A stretch of 64,000 bases of DNA, from contig NC_057749.1 in assembly GCF_004010195.1 (NCBI RefSeq), positions 10,751,646 through 10,815,645 of the forward strand, in the 5' to 3' direction. Positions 52,143 through 64,000 of this stretch are shown one piece after another (position 1 is the stretch's first letter; every line of letters starts with the position of its first letter). The notes under the pieces were generated by a model. It had not been told where the DNA came from, did no database searches, and saw nothing but the letters and a program-made list of their open reading frames with translations. The position numbers and the translations under genes are program-made. The DNA comes from Chiloscyllium plagiosum (lineage: Eukaryota).

Positions 52143-52290
52143 GATAAGAACAGGAATTGCTGAAAAAGCTCAGCAGATCTGGCAGTATCTGTGGAGAGAA
52201 ATCAAAGTTAATGTTTCGGCTCCAGTGACCCTCCCTCAGAACTAAGTTTCTGTTTTTGTTTCTGATTTCCAGCATCTGCAGTTCTTTCAG
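52143..52290. mobile_element. Palindromic PLE derivative (family C)
   Basis: Minus strand GTT-CTGAGGGAGGGTC-actg-GAGCC-GAAACATTAAC; tail GATTTCCAGCATCTGCAG. Confidence 0.7.
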
Positions 52291-52469
52291 TTTAAATTAT
52301 TTGGATTTTTTTGTTAGTTAGAAAACAAAATGTTATGGCGGTGGGGAAGGAAATGTTCATTTTGTGAGCAGTCAAGAACTATCGAATCAGATAATGGAGT
52401 CCATTGGTTTTCCAATCAAGCAACCAACAGGAGCAGATGGTCAGGATGTTTGATTCAACCATGTAAACT

Positions 52470-52803
52470 GCAGTAGAGTCCCTACAGTGTAGAAACAGGC
52501 CCTTCAGTCCAACAAGTCCACACCAACCCTCCAAAGAGTAACCCACCCAGACCCATTCCCCCAACCCATATTTACTCTTGACTAATCCACCCTAACCTAC
52601 ATATCCCTAAACGCTATGGAGCAATTTAGCATTTCCTCCCACATCTTTGGACTGTGGGAGGAAGCCAGAGCACCTGGAGGAAACCCACGCAGAAACGGGG
52701 AGAATGTGCAAACTTCACACAGATAGTCACCCGAGGCTGGAATTGAACCCAGGTCCCTGGCGCTGTGAGGCAGCAGTGTTAACCATCAAGCCACCGTGCT
52801 GCC
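52470..52803 (-). mobile_element. HE1-type SINE
   Basis: Reverse copy with tRNA-like head and V domain. Confidence 0.85.
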
Positions 52804-54707
52804 TCTGAAGATGTTCCAAAGAAGAGTCCTATGGAGCTCAATATGTTAATTCTGTTTCTCCCTCCACAGATATCGCCAGACCTGCAGAGTTTCTCCAACA
52901 CTCAGGAAGTGCAGTCTGTACATGAATAGAAGACTGTAGACTAACAGTCAATCCCTGGGCCAGTCAGTTTCATTGAGAGCCATTCTGCAATATTTATTCC
53001 CTTGGAGCCTCATCTGTAAGGTTCCCAAACCTCCAGGACTATCCTGCAGCCTACAGGATTAATTAATCTACTGAGAACACCATGATAAAGTCAACAGGCT
53101 CCAGAGTTTCTCCAATACTTTCTGTTTTAAAATTAAGGCGGTGGGGGGGGGGGGGGGGGGGGGGGAGCAATGTCCTAGTAGTATTATCGTTAGACTTCTA
53201 ACCCAGATAATGCTCTGATGAGCCGGGTTCGAATCCCCCCACAGCAGTTGGTGTAATTTAAACTCAGTGAAAATCTGGAAGTGAGGGTCTAATGATGACC
53301 ATGAATCCATTGTTGATTCATTAATGTCCTTTAGGGAAGGAATCTACTATCCTTACCTGGTCTGGCCTAATGTGACTCCAGACCAACAGCAATATGGTTG
53401 ACTCTTAACTGCCCTCTGGGCAATTAGGGATGGGCAATAAATGCTGGCCTGGCCAGAGATACCCCACATCCCATGAGCGAAGTTTTAAAAAATTAGCATA
53501 GGAACAGTTTTCAGGGTTACAGGGGAAAAGGCAGGGGGCTGGCACTGAGTTCAAATGATCAGAGAGTGCAGATATGATGGCCTGTTTCTGCACTGTAGCG
53601 ATTTCTCAGAGTTTTCTTCAACATTATAAGGACGCATGTGATAGTCCTGATGTGTATGGCCGAGAGTCACATGGAGACCTCGAACCAACTTTGTATTTTT
53701 CGGCAGTACCATCTATTCTCGGACCTGGCTCACTGGGCAGTTTTCCCTCTGTTGAATCTGATCATGTGGCTCAAATCCCTTTTTTAGCACAGGGCGTTCA
53801 TTGCCAGTGGAGCCCCGCACACCAACACCCGCACATCACCACAAACAAGCCAAGAGAGAGGAAAAAAAATAGCTTGGCCAGAAAATCTTGATCCAGCATC
53901 AAATGAGTGGTGATGCCATCTTTCAGCTGAAGTATCTAACAGAGGCCCTGACATCTCTCAGGCGGACCGTAAAGAGTGCATGGTAATGTTTTGGAGATAT
54001 TTTGGAGATGTCAAACCCTCAACCATTAAGGAAACAGCTAATTTGGCCTTTAGCTGGATGTGGGATCCATGTGTGAGCTGCTGTATTTCCAACATCATTA
54101 TGACTCGGCTTTGAAATCCCAAGGACATGAAAGGCACTATAGAAATGCAAGTTCATACTTTTCCCACAAGGAAGAAACCTGTACTTTCTAGCATGTTGCC
54201 TTGATATTTTTCATGAATATCATTATCCTCCTGTTCTTTAAAGTTAGAGAAATGAATTACATTTTTAGAATGTTCGACAAAGACTTGCAACTTCCTTTCA
54301 TTACGGATTTTGCCTATTGAGAGTTTGAAATATAAACGGCAAACACTAATAATCCCTTCAGGGTACCAGTTTAGATTATCACTGAGATTTCAGAAGCAAT
54401 TTGCAGAATACATTTTATCGCCAACGGAGTCCAAAAGTCACTATCTGAGAGACTCAAGTAATAACTCACATCTTATCTGAACCCTCACAGGAAATATTAG
54501 CTTGGTACATTATTTAAGGCAAGTTTCATATCCTGTGCCCACATTAAATATTCTACAGATCTGCTCATCTCTAACTGTGCAAATGAAACACCTCAATCTG
54601 AGAATGAACCAGGATCTGAGCAGAGACAATTAAGGAGAGATCAAATTGAGATAGTTAAAATGATTTTAAAGGAGTTGGTAAGGTAGATATAGAGCTACTC
54701 TTTTTAG

Positions 54708-55067
54708 GGGCTTGTGGTACAGTGTTAGTGTCCCCACTACCTCACAGTGCCAGAGACCCAGGTTCGATTCCAGCCTCGGGTGACTCTGTGTGTGGAGTTT
54801 GCACATTCTCCCCGTGTCTGCATAGGTTTACTCTGGGTGCTCCAGTTTCCTCCCACAGTCCAAAGATCTGTAGGTTAGGAGGATTGGCCATGTTAAGTTG
54901 CCCATTTTGTCCAAGGATACAGAGGTTAGGTAGGTTAACTGTGGGAAATGCAGGGTTACAGGGATAACACAGGGGGATGAGTCTGGTTTGGATGCTTTCA
55001 GAGGGGCTGGTGTGGACTTGATGGGCTGAATGGCCTGCTTCCACACTGTAGGGATTCTATGATTCTA
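54708..55067 (+). mobile_element. HE1-type SINE
   Basis: B-box GGTTCGATTCC, V domain, tail GGCCTGCTTCCACACTGTAGGGATTCTATGATTCTA. Confidence 0.85.
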
Positions 55068-55675
55068 AGTTTCATCCATTTCAGAGGTGCGTCATGCCAT
55101 CTCTGAACTGGGTTGATTAAACATAGTTCGAGAATCTCTGGTCGAGCAACGCAGAGCCAAGAGCTCAAAATTCGAACTGGCTTATTCAGGGTGAAATCTG
55201 TAACAGTTAAAGGTCATGGAAATCTTGAATTCTAAAACATTGCTCTCCCAGTTTCCTAATTGACCAGATTTCAAAAGTTAACACACTAGCTTGTAAAGTG
55301 GTTTGAAATTCCTGCGGGTGGGCTAAGACCTTGTACGTTTAAGTTTGTTCTTCCCTTGAATGAGGAAGTGGTTTCTGAATCTGAACTGAATAGTTTGAGC
55401 TGAATCGGAATTTGGATGTCAGTTGAAACTAGCAAATGATTTTCAAATGATCCAACATTCCATTGGGCATTGAGTTGATTCATTGTGATGTCAGTAACTT
55501 GATTCTGAAATGTGTTACATAGAATTTTGCAGCTCGGAAACAGACTGTTCAGACCCAGCTGTTTGTGCTCCACATCACTCTATCTCAGCCAATGGAGGCA
55601 TCTTTCTCTTCCCTTCGTGTACTTGTTAGGCTTCCCTGTAAATGAACCTGTGATACTCACTTCAATGCCTCAGAA

Positions 55676-55995
55676 AGATTAGATTAGATTACCTACAGAG
55701 TGGAAACAGGCCCTTCGGCCCAACAAATCCACACCCACCCTCCGAACAGAAACCCACCACCCCTACATTTACCCCTGACCAATCCACCCAACACTACGGC
55801 AATTTAGCATGGCCAATTCATCTGACCTGCACATCTTTAGACTGTGGGAGGAAACTGGAGCACCCGGAGGAAACCCACGCAGACACGGGGAGAATGTGCA
55901 AACTCCACACAGACAGTTGCCTGAGGCGGGAATTGAACCCGGGTCCCTGGCGCTGTGAGGCAGCAGTGCTAACCACTGAGCTACTGTGCCGCCCC
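55676..55995 (-). mobile_element. HE1-type SINE
   Basis: Reverse full-length copy with (TAATC)n tail. Confidence 0.9.
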
Positions 55996-56744
55996 CAAAA
56001 GGCAGAAATTCTACTCTTTTCTGCTCCCAACATAAAACTTTTCTCCTGAATTTCTCACTTCTCTCGGGCATGGCCAATGACCTAGTGATACTATCGCCAG
56101 CAGTCCCTCTGAACAACGCTATTACTCCAGAGACCCAGGTAGTGTTCTGGGGTCCAAGACTTCGAATCCCAATATGGCAGATGGTGGAATTTGAATGTAA
56201 TAAAAATCTGGAATTAAGAGTCTAATGATGACTGTGAGAGTCTAATAATGATCATGAAACCATTGCCAATTGTTAGAAACATCCATCTGGTTCATTAATA
56301 TCCTTCAGGGAAAGAAACTGCTGTCCTTATCTGGTCTGGCCTACATGTGACTCCAGAACCACAGCAATGAAATTCACCAAAGATTCTCAGACAGCACCAT
56401 TATAACCTCTCAGTTCAAGTACACTCCTTTTTGCCCTGTCTGCAGTGCATCCTGGGTCTACATTATTAACAGTAACAATAAAGGCAGCAGAAAGAAGGAA
56501 TGCCACCAGCTGCAAGTTCCCCTCCAAGCCAGTCACTGTCCTGATTTGGAAATATATCGCCGTTCCTTCATGGTCGCTGGGTCAAGATCCTGGAAATCCC
56601 TCCCTAAGGGCATTGTGGGTCAACCCACAGCAGGTGAACTGCAATAGTTCAAAAAGGTAGCTCACCACCACCTTCTCAAGGGCAACTAGGGACGGGCATT
56701 AAATGCTGGCCCAGCCAGTAACACCCACAACAAGCTTTCTTAGA

Positions 56745-57360
56745 CTCTTCATGTGGATGCATTGGTTACAAAGGCCCAACAATGTCTCGTCTTCCTCAGG
56801 CAACTGAGGATATTTGGCATGATGCAAATATCCTTGCCAACTTTTATAGGTGCGCCATCGAGATCATTCTGTCTGGATGCATGACTACCTACCGAAGGGC
56901 CTGTTTCCACTCTGTATGGCAACTGTACCATTCAAGATCGTAGCTGGTTACAGAGAATGGTGAACTCGGCCGGACAATCACAAAGGCCAACCTCCCATCT
57001 ATAGACTCCATCTACCAGGCCCCCTGTCAAGGAAAGGCCGCCAGCATTCTCAAAGATCCATCCCATTCTGGCAATGTCTTTCTCCAACCTCTCCCATGGG
57101 GAAGAAGGTACAGAAGCCTGAACCCGCACCAGCCAGTTTCAAAACAGTTTCTACCCTACTGTTATTAAAATACTGAATAAACTTACAAACTCTTAATGTT
57201 CGCCTGCACCTGTGTTTTTGTTTTTGCTGCTATTTACCCATTAGTTACTTATCTATGCTACTTAACTCTGTAATCTGCCTGTATTGCTCGTGAGACAGAG
57301 CTTTTCACTTTGCCTCGGTACACGTGACAATAAATTTAATTCAATGCAATTCAATTCAAT
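56745..57360 (+). mobile_element. Rex/Babar-type non-LTR retrotransposon 3' end
   Basis: KAQQCLVFLRQLR..NFYRCAIEIILSGC; AATAAA then (ATTCA)n tail. Confidence 0.7.
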
Positions 57361-58224
57361 CCCACAAATGAGTTTTAAAAAAAACACCAAAAATTGGGCG
57401 CTATGCTAATCTATTGTTGAAAGGCTTCAAGCCAGCTTTGTTCCAAATGCCAGCCAAGATGCTCAAACTTTCACTGATATCCCCCTTGATAGCTGACGAT
57501 ACAATGGGCTCTAAAAGCACAATCCTTGCTGCTCCTATGAGCAGTAGCTCGGCAAATAGCCCTACAGTTTGTTGCTGTCTAGTTACTGTCAACACTGATG
57601 AATTAGGCTTTCACTTGAGCAGAATGCTATCCACATTAATTCAGAAACACAATCACTTAGACTGTTAAAGGATAAATATTACATGCAGTCCCTGGAATAA
57701 AATAGCCCGAGATAAATTGTTTTTTTATTACAGTTGTTCACACAAGCTATAACACACATCTATATTATATTTCAAACTATTTCATGCTATGGTGAAATAT
57801 TTTAGTGGCAGCATTACGTTGTGGAGATGTTATCCCCAAAATTACTGCACAGGATATAATATGTGAAGCTGAATGCGTTTACACATTGTTCTGGATGTTA
57901 TTTTAGTGCAGGCTTATCTAATTCATTTCAAATCTCTTTAGGCCTCCCATAAAACAACATAGCAATGAAAGCATCGAGTAAGCATCATTGATGTTGCAAT
58001 CCTCTACAAATCATTCGTTGTACTCCAAGCTTCTGTAAAATGCAATGTGTCGGCACATTACACAGATGTTGTACAGTGGTTACATACATCATATAAGAAA
58101 GATTTCCTCTGTGACTCAATGAGAACTCGGTTCGCTGGGAAAAGGTCACAGGTTCAGAAGGCTTACAATTTAGGTTGACGCTTGAGTGGTCTGTTGGATT
58201 GTGTGCAGTACTGTCTTTGGGATG

Positions 58225-58456
58225 AGGTCAGAAATCACACAGCACCAGGTTACAGTCCAACAGGTTTATTTGAAATCACAAGCTTTCGGGGCACTGCACC
58301 TTCATCAGGTGGAGTCTGTCCCTCCGTCTTCACCAGACGAAGGAGCAGTGTTCCAAAAGCTTGTGATTTCAAATAAACCTGTAGGACTATAACCTGGCGT
58401 CGTGTGACTTGTGACCTTGTCCACCCCAGTCCAACACCGGCACCTCCACATCATGG
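58225..58456. mobile_element. Palindromic PLE derivative (family A) with 10-bp TSD
   Basis: CTTTGGGATG at 58215-58224 and 58457-58466; inverted arms plus unpaired tail. Confidence 0.85.
58277..58311 (-). ncRNA. Minimal hammerhead ribozyme motif (family A)
   Basis: CAC-CUGAUGA-A-GGUGC agu GCCCC-GAA-AGCU-U-GUG. Confidence 0.65.
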
Positions 58457-58717
58457 CTTTGGGATGCAATTTGAAACTGTAACCCTGTCTGCCCACTCAG
58501 CTGGATGGAAGCCAATTCCAGGCCACTGCTTTGAAAAAGGGATGGGGCTGTTCTCTCCAGGGTCCTTGTCGCTCAGCTGTTGGGTTACTTTGAGATAAAC
58601 TAGCCCTCATCTATCACTGACCTCGCACTGCCATTTTAACAACAGTGTGGGGGGCAGGGGAGGGGTGTGGTGGGGGGGGTGGGGGGTAACCTGACAAAGA
58701 CTGCAGCGGTTCAAGAA

Positions 58718-59017
58718 GGCACGGTGACACAGTGGTTAGCACTCACAGCGCCTGAGACCCAGGTTCAATTCCCGCCTCAGGTGACTGACTGTGTGGAGTT
58801 TGCACATTCTCCCCGTGTCTGCGTGGGTTTCCTCCGGGTGCTCCGGTTTCCTCCCACAATCCAAAGATGTGCAGGTCAGGTGAATTGACCATGTTAAATT
58901 GCCCGTAGTATTAGGTAATGGGTGAATATAGGGGTATGGATGGGTTGCGCTTCGGCGGGTCGGTGAGGACTTGTTGGGCCGAAGGGCCTGTTTCCACACT
59001 GTAATGTAATGTAATGT
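58718..59017 (+). mobile_element. HE1-type SINE, young
   Basis: Near-identical to 23792-24104; (TGTAA)n tail. Confidence 0.9.
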
Positions 59018-59112
59018 AAAAAGAAAATGTAAAAGGCAGCTCACCACCACCTCCATTTCCAGGCCAATCCCAGATGCCAAATAAACAAACATCTGAAGTA
59101 AGAAAATTTTGT

Positions 59113-59281
59113 AGGCGAAATGAGGACTGCAGAGGTTAGAGTCAAGATTAGAATGGTGCTGGTAAAGCACAGCAGGTTAGACAGCATCTGAGGAGCAGGA
59201 AAATCGACGTTTCGGGCATTCCTGATGAAGGCTCCTGCCTGAAATGTCGATTTTCCTGCTCCTCGGATGCTGCCTGACCTG
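59113..59281. mobile_element. Palindromic PLE derivative (family B)
   Basis: Inverted arms around 59218; degenerate flanking repeat TAAGAAAATTTTGT/TAGGAAGATTTTGT. Confidence 0.75.
59220..59250 (+). ncRNA. Minimal hammerhead ribozyme motif (family B)
   Basis: UC-CUGAUGA-AGGC uccu GCCU-GAA-AUGU-C-GA; GUC cleavage triplet. Confidence 0.55.
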
Positions 59282-59889
59282 TTTGCTAGGAAGATTTTGT
59301 GCTGAGTGATAATTAACATCTAGATATGATTTTTTACACAATGAATGCTACAAGGGATTATAAGACTAATTTTTACACATAAGTTTTGCACTATATCACA
59401 ATCATCCTGTCGCACTTTCCATGTCACAACACTGACAACATCCTTGTTATTAAATAAGGTAGACTTGCATTTATGTAGCACCTTTCAAAAAGCTTTACAG
59501 CCAACAAAGTACTGGCTGACCCTGTTGTAGTGTAGGAAGTTCAGCAACCAATTAGTGTTCCACGGACTTCCACAAACAGCCTTGTGATTGTGCAGCTAAT
59601 CTCTTATATTTTGTGTTATTGATTGAGGGACAAATGTTAATAAAAAAAAAAGCCTTGCAGAAGATGTAACCTCCAAGCTGTTTTAGGCCTGTCAGAATAT
59701 ACAAGATAGACACACAAACTGAAAATTCACTAATAAGCTCATCATACTGAGTAGTGAAACTCCATTATTACACAGTCATAGGGCTCCGAAACAGTGAGAC
59801 TGCAACGTAATTGTCAGAGCATTGGGGGGTGGGGCAGAGGCGTGCTGGGGGCAAGGGACAACTTGGGTCAATATAGGTACATGGAGGGG

Positions 59890-60520
59890 ATCATTGATCA
59901 CCAACAATCTGTCCTGGTCCACCCCACATTGACATGACAGTCAAGAAAAAACAACAATGTCTCTACTTCCTCAGGAGGCGAAGGAACTTCAGCATGTCCA
60001 CAAAGAATCTTACCAACCGTTACAGGTGCACTATAGAAAGCATCTTATCTGGAAGCATCACAGCTCGGTTTGGCATCTGCTCTTGCCAAGACCTCAAGAA
60101 GCTACAGAGAATCGTGAACGCAGCCCAGTCCACCACGCAAACCAGTTCCTGACCCACTGATTCCATCTAGACTTCCCGCTGCCAAGGAAAAGAACCAACA
60201 TAATCAAACACCCCTCCACTCTGGTTATACTCTCTTCCACCCTCCTCCGGCGAGCAAAAGATATAAAAGTTTGAATACACGTACGAACAGATTCAGGAAC
60301 AGCTTGTTTTCTGCTGTTATTAGACTTTTGAACAGACCTCTCAAATGTTAATGTTGAATTCTCTCTCTGCACCTTCTCTACAGCTGTAACACTGTATTCT
60401 GCACTCTGTTCTGCTACTCTGATGCACGTTGTATGGTACAATCTGCCTGTAAGGCATGCAAAATAATACTTTTCACTGCATCTCAGTACATGTGACAACA
60501 AGAAATCAGTCAGTCAATAA
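59890..60520 (+). mobile_element. Rex/Babar-type non-LTR retrotransposon 3' end
   Basis: KKKQQCLYFLRRRRNF..YRCTIESILSGSIT..KKLQRIVNAAQ; (TCAG)n tail. Confidence 0.75.
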
Positions 60521-60906
60521 ATAAGACAGGATTTGAGTCAATCCAAAGAGGCAATCAGGTTGAGCCATGGAGGGAGGTGGGAGACCCCACTCTATTAGCC
60601 AATATATTGATCCTCAACATATTATTAATATAATTGAGAAAACAATTAGATATTAGAATGTTATAGATATATAATTATTATTATTGTAATTATCCACTGT
60701 GTGGGATATAGGTAAAGTAGTGTTACTTCTGCAAGGTAAATGAACTCACACCAGTGTGTAATTGTTTCAACTAAGAGCTGAGTCAACTAGAATGCAAACT
60801 ATGTGGAGGAAATACATAATTGTTTTTGTATTAGCTAAAATTGTATGCAAGAATGAAACGTGACTGCAAAACAATGGTAGATGTTACAGACAAATAGATA
60901 AGGTGC

Positions 60907-61399
60907 TGTGAGGATGTAGGTTAAGCCAGATATGCTTGCACAAGCAGTAGTTATAAGCATCTGTTTCCCACTTTTACAGAAACACAGGAACAAACCCCAA
61001 TTAGAAGGTCATAAGGATCAGTATGGTTGGGGAAAGCACAGATGGAGGGGATAGATAATACCTAACAATGGGCCACAGCAGGATGTGGTCAAATGGCCTT
61101 GTGAGGCCAGAAATAAGCATTTTGTCACAGATAAGGCCGGCTAAGGCAAGAGATAAACAGGAGTAATGGGTGCTGGTCTTCGAGAAGTGGAAGATGTAAA
61201 CGGGGAGGAACAATGGGATTAAAAAAAAGGAACCAAATTACATAAATATCGTGTATTCGTTGAACTCGGGTGTGTGTGTGTCCCTGCCTTGTAGACAGTG
61301 GACATCGCACCCTCTTGCAAGGGTAAAATAAATGACACCACTGATTCAGATCTTGTCTCGGACTGAAATTATTGAATTGAGTGAGGTTTGTTTCTCACA
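60907..61399 (+). mobile_element. Solo-LTR-like element (~490 bp)
   Basis: TGTGAG...CTCACA inverted termini and AATAAA at ~61327; no clear TSD. Confidence 0.4.
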
Positions 61400-62374
61400 C
61401 ACTGTATGTGTCAAATGTCACTGTTTAGGTTCATTGTCCAAACACTTTGCTTTTAAGCTTCTTACAGCTGTTTCCATATGAAGAAGCTCTGAATCCGGCT
61501 CTGATACCGCGACCAACGTTTTCTCTAAACTGCAAGAGTACAGGGACACACGGCGATCTGCAACACACTGTGCAATGCAGCAGGCAGGTGGCACGTAATA
61601 TAGAAAAGTTCGACAGAACTTTGGTCCCTACCCCTCACTACATTCATGTTTACCGCCTTGTTTTAAGCTATAGCACAGGCTTCCCAACCTATGTGTACTG
61701 AGGGACAGCAAAAGCCTTCATGAACTGAATGCATTCATCACCCCCTTAGATTAGATTCCCTACAGTGTGGAAACAGGCGCTTTAACCCAACAAGTCCACA
61801 CTGACCCTGTGAAGAACAACCCACCCAGACCCATTCCCCTACATTTACCCCTGACTAATGCACCTAACACTATGGGTGACTTGCACATCTTTGGACTGTG
61901 GGAGCTCCTGCCCCTTCCCCAAACGCCTGAGGGACTGCTGCGGAATCCCCAGTTATTATTCACTGACAGTGCTTCTCGTTTCCTCCTGGTGGTTTGAACA
62001 GCAAACTCGACTGTCACTGGTTATTCTACAGCAGCTCATATCTTGGTGTCTCCTTCCTTTACAGCCCCAGTAAACAGGCTGCATTGCCAGGCCAAGCTGT
62101 TATCGTCAATGTTTACATTGAGCTGTAATCAGGAATTAGATCAGCTGTATCGAAGGGACCAGGAAAACAGCCACGATCCCATTTATCTTCACATACAGCT
62201 GAGCACATCAGTGTTCGTCTTCATTATAACACTCCTCAGTCCCAATCTGACAGCTGTGGACATTTCAGCTTATTCCCAGCAGATCATTGACCCTTGAGCT
62301 GATCCATAAATAAAATGCATTGCCCAAGGTTGTGGCTTCAAGTGCCACAACAGAGACTGAAACATGTTACCTAG

Positions 62375-62620
62375 TGCTGGCACTCCAGTGCAGTGCTGAA
62401 GGAGATGCTGCACTGTCAGACGTGCTGTCTTTCAGATGAGCCAGTAAACCAAGGCCCTACCTTCCCTCCCAGCTGAAGGTAAAAGAGACCTTGGTGCTAT
62501 TTTGAAGGACAGCTGGAGAGTTCTCTCTGGTGTCCTGGTCAATATTTAAACCTTAATCAAGATCACAAAAACAGATTCTCTGGTCAATTATCACATCGCT
62601 ATGGGAGTCTGCTCTTATTA
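62375..62620 (+). mobile_element. Deu-domain SINE, degenerate
   Basis: CACTCCAGTGCAGTGCTGAAGGAGATGCTGCACTGTC..TCTTTCAGATGAG..TAAACCAAGGCCC..GGTGTCCTGGTCAATATTT. Confidence 0.6.
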
Positions 62621-62803
62621 CAGTCTCAGTAGACCCCAGTGCCATTGTTAGTTTTTTGAAGAATCTGAAACTTTAGAGTTTACTCGAATTAAACCAACGA
62701 GGGTCACAGTTTGAACTTTTACCAGGATCAAAAATATTGAATATTAATAACTTAATAGTCAGTTATGATAAAATATTAGAAGTACAATGAACAGTCACTT
62801 ATA

Positions 62804-63118
62804 GGGTGGCACAGTGGTTAGCACTTTACCTCACCGCTAGGGACCTGGGTTCACATTCCAGCCTCAGGCAACTGTCTGTGCAGATTTTGCACATTCTCCC
62901 CATGTCTGCGCGGGTTTCCACCAGACGCTCTGGGTTCCTCCCAAGGTTAGATGGATTGGCCATGCTAAATTGCCCGTAGTGCTCAGGGGTATGCAGGCGA
63001 GATGGATTAGCTGTGGGAAATGCAGGATGGGGGTGGGGGGGTGGGATGCTCTTCAAAGGGTCAGTGTGAACTTGATGGAACGAATGGCCTGTTTAACAAA
63101 CTGTAGGGATTCTATGAC
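62804..63118 (+). mobile_element. HE1-type SINE (diverged)
   Basis: GGTGGCACAGTGGTTAGCAC head, V domain, tail. Confidence 0.8.
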
Positions 63119-63639
63119 CTAAACCAAACTTCTGAAATCAGATTTCTTTCCACACCTACTTGATTTAGCATGTAATTCAAGTCAGACATTTGTTAGAAAT
63201 TGGAAAGTTTAACCATTCAATCTGAGGACTGTTTTAAAGGTGAGATTTCCTCAACCTTCTGCACTGTTAGGAATTCTTCGGTTAAGAAGAGTTTTAAACT
63301 CTTTTTTTTGCAACACACCAGATGTCAATTGAATCATTTTGCAAGAGATATTTCCTCAACTAAGTTTGTTCAAAAACTGAAAAGCAAAACTTAAACTTTT
63401 TTTGCTACCCTCACAATCTACTCACTCCCATAATTAACTTCTAGTTGTCACTGCTATTCTACTGTTGATCTACCAGGCAACCTGGTCAAATATTATTTAT
63501 AGAAAGCTAGATAATTTACCAGAAATCCCCTTTCAAAGAATTGAAAGGGACCATCAACACCATCACTTAAAGCAGTTCTCTTTTCACAACAGTACGTAAG
63601 CACGACACAGAAATTGGTTGCTGCATTTCTGATATTTGT

Positions 63640-63952
63640 GGGCGGCACGGTGGTACAGTGGTTAGCACTGCTGCCTCACAGCACCAGAGGCCCGGGTTCA
63701 ATTCCCGCCTCAGGTGACTGACTGTGTAGAGTTTGCACATTCTCCCCGTATCTGCGTGGGTTTCCTCCGGGTGCTCCAGTTTCCTCCCACAGTCCAAAAA
63801 TGTGCAGGTTAGGGTGAATTGGCCATGCTAAACTGCCCGTAGTGTTAGGTGCAGGGGTAAATGTAGGGAATGGGTCTGGGTGGGTTGCGCTTCGGCAGGT
63901 CGGTGTGGACTTGTTGGGCTGAAGGACCTATTTCCATACTGTAAGTAATCTA
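63640..63952 (+). mobile_element. HE1-type SINE
   Basis: GGGCGGCACGGTGG head, GGTTCAATTCC, V domain, tail. Confidence 0.9.
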
Positions 63953-64000
63953 ATATTATGACACATACTGGGGTCAGTAAGCTCAGTTGGGCTGGTTTGT

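Noticed and set aside
55286..55573. 95-aa non-repeat ORF on the minus strand
   Set aside because: No convincing donor site and no similarity I recognise to CCDC33 or other proteins.
5387..58456. Palindromic repeats read as DNA-transposon MITEs or CRISPR-like repeats
   Set aside because: They are dispersed rather than arrayed, and have asymmetric arms, variable 10-15 bp TSDs and continuity with PLE coding remnants.
16957..64000. N-terminal CCDC33 long-isoform exons or neighbouring STRA6 exons
   Set aside because: By-eye search for recalled motifs (e.g. GFCKND, IYPR, HCG) found no convincing match; they may lie outside the window or have been missed.

Overview
Vertebrate, almost certainly shark (elasmobranch), genomic DNA that is mostly intronic/intergenic and dense in repeats. 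Repeats include HE1-type tRNA-derived V-SINEs, CR1/HER1-type LINE fragments, Deu-domain SINEs, Rex/Babar and Tx1/L1 3' ends, a TA-flanked MITE and two solo-LTR-like elements. The one well-supported host coding feature is a 164-bp minus-strand exon (16793-16956) that aligns without gaps to the start of the C2 domain of CCDC33 (human sequence recalled from memory). The most striking structure is four Penelope-like element (PLE) families, labelled A-D here. Their 3' pseudo-LTRs carry minimal hammerhead ribozyme (HHR) motifs: CUGANGA...GAAA with a 4-nt palindromic stem III and compensatory stem I/II changes between families. Most copies are 100-350 bp asymmetric palindromes, several with 10-15 bp target-site duplications, and longer copies tie families A, B and D to PLE RT/GIY-YIG coding remnants. 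Several short-range local duplications or templated insertions are also visible. Almost all ORFs in the supplied track are repeat-derived. Repeat boundaries were read by eye and are approximate.
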